In this document: piece by piece, positions 9,575 through 24,078 of the stretch
Layout: the number at the start of each line of letters is the position of its first letter
Position numbering within the stretch: position 1 is the stretch's first letter
Virus record (IMG/VR): IMGVR_UViG_2703719347_000001
Coordinates: 1-38,222 of that record
Reading direction: 5' to 3' (one strand)
Source of the DNA: a virus
Taxonomy: Duplodnaviria > Heunggongvirae > Uroviricota > Caudoviricetes
Length of the DNA: 38,222 nt
Position numbers and translations under genes: made by a program
Notes under the pieces: model-generated
The model's database searches: none
Told to the model about the DNA's origin: nothing
The model's input: only the letters and a program-made list of their open reading frames with translations

Positions 9575-12150
9575 CGTCCACCTCCGGAGAACAGGCCACC
9601 ATCGCGCATCTGCCCGGTCACAACATCCATTGCCGCCTTACGGGCTACGTCATAAACAGCCTTCAGCGCCTGTGGCCCTATCTGCCCGTTCGTGCCGTCG
9701 TTGTTAATCACCACATGGTTATTCTGCTCAAACGTCCCGGACGCCTGCGACCGGCTGTCTGCCATGCTGCCCGGTGTACCGACATAACCGCCGGTGGCAT
9801 AGCCGCGCATCAGCCGGTAAAGATTCCCCACGCCAATCCGGCTGGTTGCCTCCTTCGTGAAGACAAACTCACCACGGTGAACAATCCCCGCTGGCTCATA
9901 TTTGCCGCCGGTTCCCGTAAATCCTCCGGTTGCAAAATGGAATTTCGCCGCAGCGGCCTGAATGGCTGTACCGCCTGACGCGGATGCGCCGCCACCAACA
10001 GCCCCGCCAATGGCGCTGCCGATACTCCCGACAATCCCCACCATTGCCTGCTTAAGCAGAATTTCTGTCATCATGGACAGCACGGAACGGGTGAAGCTGC
10101 GCCAGTTCTGCTCACTGCCGGTCAGCATCGCCGCCATATTCTGTGCAATACCATCAAAGGTCTGCGTGGCTGCACTTTTTACCTGCGACATACTGTCCGT
10201 GGCGCTCTCTTCCCACTCACTCCAGCCGGACTTCAGGCCTGCCATCCAGTTCCCGCGAAGCTGGTCTTCAGCCGCCCAGGTCTTTTTCTGCTCTGACATG
10301 ACGTTATTCAGCGCCAGCGGATTATCGCCATACTGTTCCTTCAGGCGCTGTTCCGTGGCTTCCCGTTCTGCCTGCCGGTCAGTCAGCCCCCGGCTTTTCG
10401 CATCAATGGCGGCCCGTTTTGCCCGTTGCTGCTGTGCGAATTTATCCGCCTGCTGCGCCAGCGCGTTCAGGCGCTCCTGATACGTAACCTTGTCGCCAAG
10501 TGCAGCCAGCTGGCGTTTGTACTCCAGCGTCTCATCTTTATGCGCCAGCAGGGATTTCTCCTGTGCAGACAGCTGGCGACGTTGCGCCGCCTCCTCCAGT
10601 ACCGCGAACTGACTCTCCGCCTTCCACAAATCCCGGCGCTGCTGGCTGATTTTCTCATTTGCTCCGGCATGCTTCTCCAGCGTCCGGAGTTCAGCCTGAA
10701 GCGTCAGCAGGGCAGCATGAGCACTGTCTTCCTGACGATCGCCCGCAGACACCTTCACGCCGGACTGTTTCGGCTTTTTCAGCGTCGCTTCATAATCCTT
10801 TTTCGCCGCCGCCATCAGCGTGTTGTAATCCGCCTGCAGGATTTTCCCGTCTTTCAGTGCCTTGTTCAGTTCTTCCTGACGGGCGGTATATTTCTCCAGC
10901 GGCGTCTGCAGCCGTTCGTAAGCCTTCTGCGCCTCTTCGGTATATTTCAGCCGTGATGCCTCAGACTCGGCCCAGTCCTTTGCTGCCATCTCTCTGGCCT
11001 TTTCAAGATCGGCCTGCAACGTGGCGGCTGAAAGCCCAAGTTGCGCATTCGCTCTGTCCTCCCATGCTCCCCGGAGATTGGCAAGAAATGCTGAGGTTTT
11101 ACCGCGCCGGTGGCTCCGACTCTGATACCACTGCCATTTTTTGTCCGCCTCATCAAAAGCCTTTTCTGCTTTCTCCAGCATTCCCTGGGCAGTGTCCGGG
11201 CGACCAATATCCAGCACCGAATCCCACATGGATTTGAATGCCCGTGCTGTCCTGTCTGCCCAGGTCTCCAGCGTGCCCATGTTCTCTTTCAGGCGGCGGG
11301 TCTGGTCATCAAACCCTTTCGTTGCGGCCTCGTTCGCCGCCTGCAATGCCCCGGCTTCATCTCCGGAACGCTGCAACTGAGCAACATACGCAATCTGCTC
11401 CGCCGTCACGTTACGGAACTGACGTGCCATCGCTGTCAGTCCCGACGTCGGGTCTGTGGTCAGCTTCCCGAAGGCTTCAGCGACCTTGTCCACCTCCACG
11501 CCGGATGCAGAGGAGAAACGCGCCACACTCTGGCTGATCGCCTCAAACTGCTCACCACCACGCACACCGGCATTCACCAGCGCCGTCAGTGACTCGCTGG
11601 TCTGGTTAAACGTCAGCCCTGCCGCCTGCCCGGCTCTGGACAGGGCCAGAATACGATCTGCCGTCAGTCCCGCCTGATTGCCGGAAAGGACCAGCGTTTT
11701 GTTGAAATCGGACAGGGTTGAGTTGCCCTGATACCAGGCATACGCCAGCGCACCGGTCGCCACCGCCAGCGAGGTGGCCCCCACCATCGGCAGGGTGATC
11801 GCACCGGCAAGCCCCCTGAACATGGGGATCATCCCGCCGAAGGAGTCCTTAACCTGACCACCCTGTTGCAGCAGGATCAGCCACGGACTTTGCCCGCCTG
11901 CAAGCTGCGTGGCCACGTCGGTGAACTGTGCAGGCAGCATACGCATGGCGGCTTTATACTGCCCGACGGAAATCCCCGCTTTCTGTGCAGCCAGCGCCTG
12001 TCGGCTCAGCGACTGTTCAACGACTGCCGCTGTTTTTTTCGCATCAGTTTCCGTACCGGAAAAATGACGCCTGACTCTGGCCATCTGCTCGTCAAATCTG
12101 GCCGCATCCAGACTTAAATCAACGACCAGATCGCCTACCGGTTCAGCCAT
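9571..12150 (-). CDS. H: Tail tape measure protein H
   Basis: 859 aa, coiled-coil-rich central region, Gly-rich C-terminal region; follows G/T as in lambda. Confidence 0.9.
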   Translation of the reverse strand: MAEPVGDLVVDLSLDAARFDEQMARVRRHFSGTETDAKKTAAVVEQSLSRQALAAQKAGISVGQYKAAMRMLPAQFTDVATQLAGGQSPWLILLQQGGQVKDSFGGMIPMFRGLAGAITLPMVGATSLAVATGALAYAWYQGNSTLSDFNKTLVLSGNQAGLTADRILALSRAGQAAGLTFNQTSESLTALVNAGVRGGEQFEAISQSVARFSSASGVEVDKVAEAFGKLTTDPTSGLTAMARQFRNVTAEQIAYVAQLQRSGDEAGALQAANEAATKGFDDQTRRLKENMGTLETWADRTARAFKSMWDSVLDIGRPDTAQGMLEKAEKAFDEADKKWQWYQSRSHRRGKTSAFLANLRGAWEDRANAQLGLSAATLQADLEKAREMAAKDWAESEASRLKYTEEAQKAYERLQTPLEKYTARQEELNKALKDGKILQADYNTLMAAAKKDYEATLKKPKQSGVKVSAGDRQEDSAHAALLTLQAELRTLEKHAGANEKISQQRRDLWKAESQFAVLEEAAQRRQLSAQEKSLLAHKDETLEYKRQLAALGDKVTYQERLNALAQQADKFAQQQRAKRAAIDAKSRGLTDRQAEREATEQRLKEQYGDNPLALNNVMSEQKKTWAAEDQLRGNWMAGLKSGWSEWEESATDSMSQVKSAATQTFDGIAQNMAAMLTGSEQNWRSFTRSVLSMMTEILLKQAMVGIVGSIGSAIGGAVGGGASASGGTAIQAAAAKFHFATGGFTGTGGKYEPAGIVHRGEFVFTKEATSRIGVGNLYRLMRGYATGGYVGTPGSMADSRSQASGTFEQNNHVVINNDGTNGQIGPQALKAVYDVARKAAMDVVTGQMRDGGLFSGGGR

Positions 12151-12583
12151 ACCGGACTCCTCCTGCGATCCCTTCTGATACTGTCATCAGCATTACGTCA
12201 TCCTCCGTCATGTCCGCCACATCCGGGGAAGTAGGGATAACTTCATTCCCGTCCGGGCCAAAGCGGACACCTCCGGCAAGCCCTGCCGCTTTCTGCATCA
12301 GCACATCATCTTCAGGCTCTTCGTCAGCCTCGCGCCGGTTCAGCAGACTGAAATCCAGCGGATGCATATCCGGATCGCTGAAAAACAGGCTGAGCACGGT
12401 GTACGTCAGCCCGGAAAAGTGCATATCCAGCAGAACATCATGAAAATAATGGGTACTGTAAAAGCGGTGCCAGTCGGCATACTCCGTGGATGACATCCCG
12501 GCAAGCATGGCGCGCCAGTCAGGTCGCCCCATCTCACGCGCCAGTTTCAGGGCAAAACTCAGCTCACCGTCGAACACTTTCCC
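12143..12583 (-). CDS. T: T segment of the G-T tail assembly chaperone, expressed by -1 frameshift from G
   Basis: ORF in the -1 frame relative to G, beginning at the slippery site; acidic C-terminus (...EADEEPEDDVLMQKAAGLAGGVRFGPDGNEV...). Confidence 0.8.
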   Translation of the reverse strand, partial: GKVFDGELSFALKLAREMGRPDWRAMLAGMSSTEYADWHRFYSTHYFHDVLLDMHFSGLTYTVLSLFFSDPDMHPLDFSLLNRREADEEPEDDVLMQKAAGLAGGVRFGPDGNEVIPTSPDVADMTEDDVMLMTVSEGIAGGVRYG

Positions 12584-12981
12584 GCAGAAACAGGCTCTGC
12601 AGGCCCGGCGTCCTCTGCCTGTTCAGGGGCATCATTCACAACAAACTCAGACATACCGGACAGACGCATTACCACATTTTCAGCCTGAGCAATTGCCTCT
12701 GTGGGCCAGGTGGTAAGCACTTCCTGCTCAATTTGTTTAACGGCTTCATTCATGGACGGCATCTTTGTCTTCTGCGGATGGTTATGCCACAGGGACATCG
12801 CCACCAGAAAAGCACCGGTTCTGACGAGATCTTCCACGCTCACCTGTCGATTGAGACTGGATCCCGCCTGTTCTGCCTGTCGTTTCAGCAGGGCGAGATG
12901 CTCAATTCGCTGCAGGGCTGACAGTTCAGAAAGCGTGACGCTCATACCGTTATATTCAAATGATTCGGTTTTCAGGAACAT
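12559..12981 (-). CDS. G: Tail assembly chaperone G
   Basis: 140 aa (lambda G length as recalled); G stop lies just 3' of the GGGAAAG slippery heptamer. Confidence 0.88.
   Translation of the reverse strand: MFLKTESFEYNGMSVTLSELSALQRIEHLALLKRQAEQAGSSLNRQVSVEDLVRTGAFLVAMSLWHNHPQKTKMPSMNEAVKQIEQEVLTTWPTEAIAQAENVVMRLSGMSEFVVNDAPEQAEDAGPAEPVSAGKCSTVS
12577..12583 (-). promoter_or_regulatory. Programmed -1 ribosomal frameshift slippery heptamer GGGAAAG (G to G-T)
   Basis: Plus strand CTTTCCC at 12577-12583, i.e. GGGAAAG on the coding strand, at the G/T frame junction. Confidence 0.8.
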
Positions 12982-12996
12982 CGCTGACTCTCCGGA

Positions 12997-13737
12997 TTAA
13001 CTGTCGGTGACGGTGATTCCTGCAACCACAGCAAGTTCACCATTACCGGATACAACCGGAATGTTGACCTTGCCTGCAGCAACACCTTTCACGGTGATGG
13101 TCATACCACTGACCGACACGGTGGCTTTTGTTTTATCCGCAGACACCGCACGGAAGCTCTTGTCGGTTGCGCCTTCCGGCTGGAATGCCACGGTCAGCGT
13201 GATGCTCCGCCCTTTCACCACCGAAGTGCTGGCAGGCGTCACGGTCATGCCGGTTGCCGCTGTTACCGTGCTGCGATCTTCTGCCATCGACGGACGTCCC
13301 ACGTTGGTGACTTTCACCGTGCGGGTGATCACTTCCTTCGCCGTCACCGCCTTACCGATACTGCTGACCCAGCCGCGGAACACATCGACCGTGCCGTTCG
13401 GGAAGCGGATTTTATAGGCACGGGTATCCCCTTTATTAAACCACGCCAGCAGCGCCTGCTGCCCCTGCTCTCCGGGCATCCACGCCAGCGTGAAGCTGGT
13501 ATCTCCGGCAGATTTCTGCCCCTGCCCGGTCGCAGTCCAGTCCGCATTTTCATCATCGAGATAGCTGTCGTCATAGGACTCAGCGGTCAGTTCGCCGGGC
13601 GTCAGGTCTTTAACTTTTGCCAGACGCGACCAGTCAACGTCTGAAAGCGGATTCGCATAAGGGTCACCGCTCCCGTTATAAACCCACAGGGTGGTCCCGG
13701 CCCCTTTCACCGGTGCCAGAGGATTTGGTGTTGGCAT
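12997..13737 (-). CDS. V: Major tail tube protein V
   Basis: ORF track begins 10 codons upstream; [36 protein letters not shown]... start chosen by lambda V-like N-terminus; C-terminal Ig-like region. Confidence 0.88.
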   Translation of the reverse strand: MPTPNPLAPVKGAGTTLWVYNGSGDPYANPLSDVDWSRLAKVKDLTPGELTAESYDDSYLDDENADWTATGQGQKSAGDTSFTLAWMPGEQGQQALLAWFNKGDTRAYKIRFPNGTVDVFRGWVSSIGKAVTAKEVITRTVKVTNVGRPSMAEDRSTVTAATGMTVTPASTSVVKGRSITLTVAFQPEGATDKSFRAVSADKTKATVSVSGMTITVKGVAAGKVNIPVVSGNGELAVVAGITVTDS

Positions 13738-13744
13738 ATCGTCC

Positions 13745-14140
13745 TCACATTTCATAGGTAATGACATAAGTCAGATCGGCTGAACTCCACAGGCCCGCAT
13801 CATCGTCGCGCCGGTAGTCATAGCCACTGGCCACCATACTGGTGATCAAATCTGACAGCGCCGGGATATCGCTCATCACCGGATAAATCCGGGACTCCAT
13901 CCACGAATCCAGCTCTGAATCCGGCACCTGAGCAGGCAGGAAAACTTCAATATGCAGCTCCGCCTGCCAGGTATCGCTGTCCAGCTCTTCGCCCGTGTAT
14001 TCAGCGCCGGTGAGATAAACGGCAATTGCCGGAAAATCTTCCTCATCAAAAGCAGCGGGGCGACCATCAAAAAGCGTCGCCCCGGTGTCATGCTTCTCCA
14101 GTGCATCCAGTACGGCTGCACGGAGTTCAGTATGTTTCAT
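13745..14140 (-). CDS. U: Tail terminator protein U
   Basis: 131 aa, begins [17 protein letters not shown]; synteny. Confidence 0.88.
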   Translation of the reverse strand: MKHTELRAAVLDALEKHDTGATLFDGRPAAFDEEDFPAIAVYLTGAEYTGEELDSDTWQAELHIEVFLPAQVPDSELDSWMESRIYPVMSDIPALSDLITSMVASGYDYRRDDDAGLWSSADLTYVITYEM

Positions 14141-14715
14141 CGCTTTATTACCATCCTCAGTTGATGCTGCAGCGCATAGCCCAGCTCTTTCGGAAGACGT
14201 TCACGCCGTATCCGCTCAATATTTTGTTTAAACGCCGTGGTCAGCGGCACCGCCATCGGGATTTTCACCACATCAATGGGGTAACGGTTTTTCCCGGCCA
14301 CACGCTGCATGACATGCCACCGGCCATTTTTCAGTTGCTGAATAAACGCGCCGGGAATACGACGGTTACCCACCACAAGCACGCTGCCGCCACCTTTCAG
14401 GGATGAACGCTGCCCCTTTTTACGACGCCTGCGGCGCGAAAGGACAACCCGCGCATTACCCAGCCTGATTACGGGCAAATCCCCCCGGTTAACTTTGATT
14501 CTGGCCTGCGGATTTTTGACCGTGGCCCTTTTCAGCCTGGCCCTTTCCTTTACCAGTTTCCGGCGTACCTTTGTCTCACGGGCAACCTGTGACGCCGACT
14601 GCGATATCGCGGATGACGCAACGCGGTTAATGGCCATTGCGGCGGCACCGGGCACCGCCGTTCTGCTGATACGGCTGAGGTTTTCAACGGCCTGCTCAAG
14701 ACCTTTTATGGCCAT
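14137..14715 (-). CDS. Z: Tail completion protein Z
   Basis: 192 aa; synteny between FII and U. Confidence 0.85.
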   Translation of the reverse strand: MAIKGLEQAVENLSRISRTAVPGAAAMAINRVASSAISQSASQVARETKVRRKLVKERARLKRATVKNPQARIKVNRGDLPVIRLGNARVVLSRRRRRKKGQRSSLKGGGSVLVVGNRRIPGAFIQQLKNGRWHVMQRVAGKNRYPIDVVKIPMAVPLTTAFKQNIERIRRERLPKELGYALQHQLRMVIKR

Positions 14716-14726
14716 TCATCCCCCTT

Positions 14727-15080
14727 TCAGCGGCGACGGTTAACGGCAGGCGGTACGCCCCGCCCAAGCCAGAGATGACAGCTTCCGCCATCATCCGGCG
14801 AAATCCGGTCTATCCAGAAGTTTTCCTCACCGATGGTCAGCATGTCGCCGCGCCGCAGCTGCCGCACATCATCAGTCCGGACAAACAGGGACGGGCTGGA
14901 GCCTTCAACGCGCACGCCCTGTCCGGCATAGCTGATATTTTCAGGGTCATCAAAAACACCACGTATCACAGCACCGGACTGCTCACCGGATGTCATGGTG
15001 GCTGACGTTCCCATGTACCCGCGTATCGTTTCATCGGCGCAGGCAATGGCAGCATCGAACAGGTTATCGAAATCAGCCAC
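14727..15080 (-). CDS. FII: Head-tail joining protein FII
   Basis: 117 aa; synteny. Confidence 0.85.
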   Translation of the reverse strand: MADFDNLFDAAIACADETIRGYMGTSATMTSGEQSGAVIRGVFDDPENISYAGQGVRVEGSSPSLFVRTDDVRQLRRGDMLTIGEENFWIDRISPDDGGSCHLWLGRGVPPAVNRRR

Positions 15081-15091
15081 AGCGCCTCCCG

Positions 15092-15487
15092 TTATTGCAT
15101 TCTGGCCAGGCCGCGCTCTGTCATTTCAGCTGCCACACCGGCAGAGACACGAAACGCCGTTCCCGGCAGCACAAATGCCACAGCCTCATCCCGCGTGGCG
15201 TGAAGTGCATCAGTATGCAGCGTCACCAGTGCCACAACCGTGACCAGATCAGCCGTATCAGTCACGGTATCCGGCTGCGCTGATACAACCTCATTTTCAT
15301 GCACGGTCAGCACATTTTCCGGGCTGACAGACGTGTCCTGACCGGCTGCGTCATCCGTGTCATCAAGCTCCTCTTCCAGCTCTGCCACACGGAGCGCCAG
15401 TTCTTCTTTCGTCCCCGTCAGGCTGACATCACGGTTCAGTTGCTCACCCAGCGAACGGAGACGGGCAATCAGTTCATCTTTCGTCAT
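15092..15487 (-). CDS. FI: DNA packaging / head assembly protein FI
   Basis: Start placed at internal MTKDELIARLRSLGEQLNRDV (lambda FI-like N-terminus) rather than the track's upstream Met. Confidence 0.8.
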   Translation of the reverse strand: MTKDELIARLRSLGEQLNRDVSLTGTKEELALRVAELEEELDDTDDAAGQDTSVSPENVLTVHENEVVSAQPDTVTDTADLVTVVALVTLHTDALHATRDEAVAFVLPGTAFRVSAGVAAEMTERGLARMQ

Positions 15488-15528
15488 GGACTCCTCCACA
15501 GAGAGAAAATGGCCCCGAAGGGCCATGA

Positions 15529-16554
15529 TTACGCCAGTTGAACGGACACGAACTCATCAGGATCAGCCAGCAGCATCAGCGGTGCTGACTGAATCATGGT
15601 GAACTCTCGCGCCGGATCGCCGGATGTCTTCCAGTTTTTCGGATAACGGGGAGACGCATTAATACCCTCACTCAATGCATCCGCATCCTGAATACAGCCA
15701 TAGGTGCGCAGACCGCGTGCATGAGTGTTACCCAGCACCATCGTGTTGTCCGGCAGGAAGTTCTTTTTGACGCCGTTTTCCACGTACTGTCCGGAATACA
15801 CGACGATGGCCACATCGCCATACATTCCCTTATAAGACACCGCTTTGCCCAGGTCTTTTACCGCTGTCTCCAGTTCGGAATGAGAGCCGCGACGGGTATC
15901 CAGCTTCTCCCTGACGGCTTTGAAGGAACGGAACAGCGCCCAGCCTTTCGGGTCAAACACGATGATATTCACCACACCGCTGGCGTTCAGCGCGTAGGCT
16001 TCGATATCGTCGGTCGGGTCATACGTGGACTTGTCGCGCTTGCTCCACCCCGTGCTGCCGGACTGCGTGATGTTATTCGCTTCACTGCGACCCATATCCA
16101 CCTCAACCGGATCGAAGGCTTCACCGGTCATGGTGTATTTGCCCTTAAGCACGGCAGAAACTGCCTGCATCTCTTCGACCTGAGCAATGGCCAGCTCTTC
16201 GTCACGCATGTTCTGCATGATGATGCGACGGCGGCGGTAAGCCGGGTCCGCCAGATTCTGCGGATCTTCATCCGGCAGGCGACGCAGGGTCATCTGCGGA
16301 TTCACTTCATGCTTCGGCTTGACATATCCCGGCGTAAATTCAGAGGTGGAGCCGCCACGGGAACGGATAACCTCACCGGAAACAATCGGCGAAACGTACA
16401 GCGCCATGTTTACCAGTCCCGGAATTTGTGAGAGATAGACTTTCTCCGTAGTGAAGGGATAGCTCTCACGGAAAAAGAGACGCAGAAACAGCGGATCAAA
16501 CTTAAATTTCTGCTCATTTGCCGCCAGCAGCTGGGCGGTTGTGTACATCGACAT
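15529..16554 (-). CDS. E: Major capsid protein E
   Basis: Start placed at MSMYTTAQLLAANEQKFKFDP (lambda E-like); 341 aa. Confidence 0.9.
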   Translation of the reverse strand: MSMYTTAQLLAANEQKFKFDPLFLRLFFRESYPFTTEKVYLSQIPGLVNMALYVSPIVSGEVIRSRGGSTSEFTPGYVKPKHEVNPQMTLRRLPDEDPQNLADPAYRRRRIIMQNMRDEELAIAQVEEMQAVSAVLKGKYTMTGEAFDPVEVDMGRSEANNITQSGSTGWSKRDKSTYDPTDDIEAYALNASGVVNIIVFDPKGWALFRSFKAVREKLDTRRGSHSELETAVKDLGKAVSYKGMYGDVAIVVYSGQYVENGVKKNFLPDNTMVLGNTHARGLRTYGCIQDADALSEGINASPRYPKNWKTSGDPAREFTMIQSAPLMLLADPDEFVSVQLA

Positions 16555-16609
16555 AAAAAAATCCCGTAAAAAAAGCCGCACAGGCGGCCTTTAGTGATGA
16601 AGGGTCAGG

Positions 16610-16942
16610 TTAAACGATGCTGATTGCCGTTCCGGCAAACGCGGTCCGTTTTTTCGCCTCGTCGCTGGCAGCCTCCGGCCAGAGCACATCCTCATAACGG
16701 AACGTGCCGGACTTGTAGAACGTCAGCGTGGTGCTGGTCTGGTCAGCAGCAACAGCAAGAATGCCAACGGCAGCACCGTCGGTGGTGCCATCCCACGCAA
16801 CCAGCTTACGGGTGGAGGTATCCGGCATCAACGGAGTCATTGCTGGCGTTTTCTTACTCAATCCGCCGGGCGCGGTTGCGGTATGAGCCGGGTCACTGTT
16901 GCCCAGCGGCTGGTAATGGGTAAAGGTTTCTTTGCTCGTCAT
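16610..16942 (-). CDS. D: Head decoration protein D
   Basis: Start at [12 protein letters not shown]; 110 aa. Confidence 0.9.
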   Translation of the reverse strand: MTSKETFTHYQPLGNSDPAHTATAPGGLSKKTPAMTPLMPDTSTRKLVAWDGTTDGAAVGILAVAADQTSTTLTFYKSGTFRYEDVLWPEAASDEAKKRTAFAGTAISIV

Positions 16943-16951
16943 AAACATCCC

Positions 16952-18251
16952 TTACACTGGTGTGTTCAGCAAATCGTTAACGGCATCAGATGCCGGGTTA
17001 CCTGCAGCCAGCGGTGCCGGTGCCCCCTGCATCAGACGATCCAGCGCAGTGTCACTGCGCGCCTGTGCACTCTGTGGTGCTGCGGCCAGAATGCGGCGGG
17101 CCGTTTCCACGGTCATTCCGGGGGTTTCTGCCAGAACGCGCGCCTGTTCTTCGCGTCCGTGAGCCTCCTCACAGTTGAGGATCCCCATAATGCGGCTGTT
17201 TTCTGCCGCAACCGCAGCGGTGATCTGCGCGTTCACGTCCGGCTGCGCCGCGCTGGCGTTTTCGCCCTCCGTCGCTGGCACCACGTCAGTAACGTCAGCC
17301 TGCGAAGCAGTGGCTGAAACAGTTGTTGATTGAGTCTCTTTGGTCATTCGCCCTCCTGAGAGACGGGATTTACGTGCATCCAGTGCATCACGCATGACGG
17401 TGATCGCATCGGTGCTGTTGACAAGTTCATCAGCCAGTCCGGCATCAATGGCCTCCTGACCGCTGTACACTGCAGCCTCGGTATCCAGCACAGCCTGCAC
17501 GGACAGGCCGGTATATGCCGACACCTTCTGCGCAAACATCCGGCGGGTTGCATCCATCCGGGACTGCAGTGTCTCCCGGACATCATCCGGTAGATGGCTG
17601 TAGGGGTTGCCATCCACCTTATGGCTGCCGCTGTAAATCAGCGTGATTTCCACGCCCTGTTTCTCCAGCGCAGCACCGTAATTACTGTGAGCCATCATGA
17701 CGCCGATGGAGCCTGTCCGGGCGGTCTGCGTGACCAGACGCCGGGAGGCGGCACTGGCAAGCAGCTGACCTGCGCTGCAGTTCATGTCATTGGCCAGCGC
17801 CCATACCGGCTTTATGTCACGCACACGGGCGATGATGTCAGCGCAGTCAAATGCCCCTGCCACCATCCCGCCTGGCGTATCCATATCGAGCAGAATGCCA
17901 TCCACCATCGGGTCGCTGGCAGCCTGTTGCAGACGGGCGATAATGCCGTTGTAACCGGTCATTCCCGAATACGGCTGCAGCGCCCGCGTCCGGCTGACCA
18001 GCGTGCCGGACACCGCCAGCACGGCGATGCCGTTCATGACCTGATAACTGCGGGCTTGTCGTGGTCCGTCATCATCACCGGATAACGCCAGCGCCGCGGG
18101 TGCCTCTCCGGCAGTCAGGCTGTCGCCGGATACTGCATCCGTCAGGCGGCTGATCCCAAGCTGGCCTGCAAGCGCACAAAAGAAAACCCGCGCATAGGCG
18201 GGTTCAAGCATCAGCGGCTCATTAAAGGCCATGCTGGCAATATGCGGGAGA

Positions 18252-18271
<20 letters not shown>
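16952..18271 (-). CDS. C: Capsid maturation protease / scaffold C, with nested in-frame Nu3 scaffold in the 3' part
   Basis: S49-type peptidase-like region; probable GTG start at VTAELRNLPHIASMAFNEP giving 439 aa; the track ORF extends further upstream into B. Confidence 0.85.
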
Positions 18272-21952
<3,681 letters not shown>

Positions 21953-21978
<26 letters not shown>

Positions 21979-22498
21979 TCAGCAACCCCGGTATCAGTTC
22001 ATCCAGCGCGGCTGCTTTGTTCATGGCTTTGATGATATCCCGTTTCAGGAAATCAACATGTCGGTTTTCCAGTTCCGGAAAACGCCGCTGCACCGACAGG
22101 GGGATCCCGTCGAGAATACTGGCAATTTCACCTGCGATCCGCGACAGCACGAAAGTACAGAATGCGGTTTCCACCACTTCAGCGGAGTCTCTGGCATTTT
22201 TCAGCTCCTGTGCGTCGGCCTGCGCACGCGTAAGTCGATGGCGTTCGTACTCAATAGTCCCTGGCTGGAGATCTGTCTCGCTGGCCTGCCGCAGTTCTTC
22301 AACTTCCCGGCGCAGCTTTTCGTTCTCAATTTCAGCATCCCTTTCGGCATACCATTTTATGACGGCGGCAGAATCATAAAGCACCTCATTACCCTTCCCA
22401 CCACCCCGCAGAACGGGCATTCCCTGTTCCTGCCAGTTCTGAATGGTACGGATACTCGCACCGAAAATGTCAGCCAGCTGCTTTTTGTTGACTTCCAT
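21953..22498 (-). CDS. nu1: Terminase small subunit Nu1
   Basis: 181 aa, begins MEVNKKQLADIFGASIRTIQNWQEQGMP (winged HTH); immediately adjacent to cos. Confidence 0.92.
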
Positions 22499-22673
22499 TG
22501 TTCATTCCACGGACAAAAACAGAGAAAGGAAACGACAGAGGCCAAAAAGCTCGCTTTCAGCACCTGTCGTTTCCTTTCTTTTCAGAGGGTATTTTAAATA
22601 AAAACATTAAGTTATGACGAAGAAGAACGGAAACGCCTTAAACCGGAAAATTTTCATAAATAGCGAAAACCCG
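22499..22673 (-). promoter_or_regulatory. cosB-like terminase binding region between cosN and Nu1
   Basis: Position between cosN and the Nu1 start; contains repeated GTTTCC-containing elements (GGAAACGACAG twice on plus strand). Confidence 0.6.
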
Positions 22674-22685
22674 CGAGGTCGCCGC
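22674..22685. other. cosN cohesive-end site, 12-nt overhang AGGTCGCCGCCC (reverse complement of GGGCGGCGACCT)
   Basis: Exact 12-nt match to the lambda cohesive end as I recall it, about 175 bp from the Nu1 start codon. Confidence 0.8.
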
Positions 22686-22886
22686 CCCGTAACCTGTCGG
22701 ATCGCCGGAAAGGACCCGCAAAATGATAATAATTATCATCTGCATGTCACAACGTGCATCTACGCCATCAAACCACGTCAAATAATCAATTATGACGCAG
22801 GTATCATATTAATTGATCTGCATCAACTTAACGTAAAAACAACTTCAGACAATACAAATCAGCGACACTGAATACGGGACAACCTC

Positions 22887-23120
22887 ATGTCAACGAAGAA
22901 CAGAACCCGCAGAACAACAACCCGCAACATCCGCTTTCCTAACCAAATGATTGAACAAATTAACATCGCTCTTGATCAAAAAGGGTCCGGGAATTTCTCA
23001 GCCTGGGTCATTGAAGCCTGCCGCCGGAGACTGTGCTCAGAAAAAAGAGTTTCTCCTGAAGCAAACAAAGAAAAGAGTGACATTACTGAATTGCTCAGAA
23101 AACAGATCAGACCAGATTGA
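22887..23120 (+). CDS. Small ribbon-helix-helix-like protein, YlcI/DUF3950-like
   Basis: 77 aa, MSTKNRTRRTTTRNIRFPNQMIEQINIALDQKGSGNFSAWVIEACRRRL; opposite strand to late genes, between cos and the lysis genes. Confidence 0.6.
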   Translation: MSTKNRTRRTTTRNIRFPNQMIEQINIALDQKGSGNFSAWVIEACRRRLCSEKRVSPEANKEKSDITELLRKQIRPD

Positions 23121-23176
23121 AGCAATTTAGATAATCGTGCAGACTACGCCCCTCATATCACATGGAAGGTACTACA

Positions 23177-23587
23177 ATGGCTCAGGTTGCCATTTTTAAA
23201 CAAATATTCGATAAAGTGCGAAATAATTTAAACTATCACTGGTTTTATTCTGAACTAAAACGTCACAATGTCTCACATTACATTTACTATTTAGCCACAG
23301 AGAATATTCATCTTGTTCTTGAAAACGATAATACGGTTTTAATAAAAGGACAGGGTAAGGTTGTAAATGTAAGATTTTCAAAAAATAAATGCCTTATAGA
23401 AGCCACATTAAAAGGATTCAAATCAGGAGAGTTATCATTTTACGAATACAGGAAAAATCTTGCTACAGCAGGGGTTTTCAGATGGATTACAAATATCCAC
23501 GAAAACAAAAGGTATTACTATACCTTTGATAATTCATTACTCTTTACTGAGAACATTCAGAACACTACACAAATATTTCCGCACTAA
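23177..23587 (+). CDS. DUF1398-like (YbcV-like) protein
   Basis: AT-rich ORF; start placed at MAQVAIFKQ with GGAAGG Shine-Dalgarno upstream; followed by an intrinsic terminator. Confidence 0.55.
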   Translation: MAQVAIFKQIFDKVRNNLNYHWFYSELKRHNVSHYIYYLATENIHLVLENDNTVLIKGQGKVVNVRFSKNKCLIEATLKGFKSGELSFYEYRKNLATAGVFRWITNIHENKRYYYTFDNSLLFTENIQNTTQIFPH

Positions 23588-23843
23588 ATCATAACGTCCG
23601 GTTTCTTCCGCGCCAGAACCGGACTCGCTGGCATGATGAAATATGTGTACCCGGTAACCCCGGTGTGCATCGTTTTTGATTATTCCCGCACACTCGCGCA
23701 GAAGGAGTTCCCCGTCGGGCTACGGTCTCTGTTAATACGGGAATACGGCGACGATACAGCGCATGATGTGTCAGGCTTGAATACCTTTATCCGTTAAAAG
23801 GGATATCAGTTAAGCTATCCCGTGTAGGGTATAAGCCATTATC

Positions 23844-23870
23844 AAAGCCACTCTGTAGGGAGTGGCTTTT
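23844..23870 (+). terminator. Intrinsic terminator-like hairpin downstream of the DUF1398-like gene
   Basis: AAAGCCACTC-TGTAGG-GAGTGGCTTT followed by T; convergent with the late operon. Confidence 0.5.
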
Positions 23871-24078
23871 GTAATGGCAATAAAAAGCCCCGCGAATGCG
23901 AGGCTAAATCCTGGTATTTGTAATGACTGGCTCTTATCTCAACGCAGCCCCTTACCGCGCGCAAGATGCTCAATATCAAGCATCAGCAATGAGATGTTTA
24001 ATCTGGATTCACTCCAGAAGTGATCACCATCCTGTCTACAGAGCCAGATGTGAAGGATGATGAGTAAAATTATCGCTA

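Noticed and set aside
9962-11677. Several plus-strand ORFs of 80-190 aa inside H
   Set aside because: Antisense to the tape-measure gene; Pro/Arg/Ser-rich products typical of antisense frames.
22614-22871. 85-aa plus-strand ORF spanning cosN
   Set aside because: Crosses the cohesive-end site, so it would be split in virion DNA; no RBS and an implausible composition.
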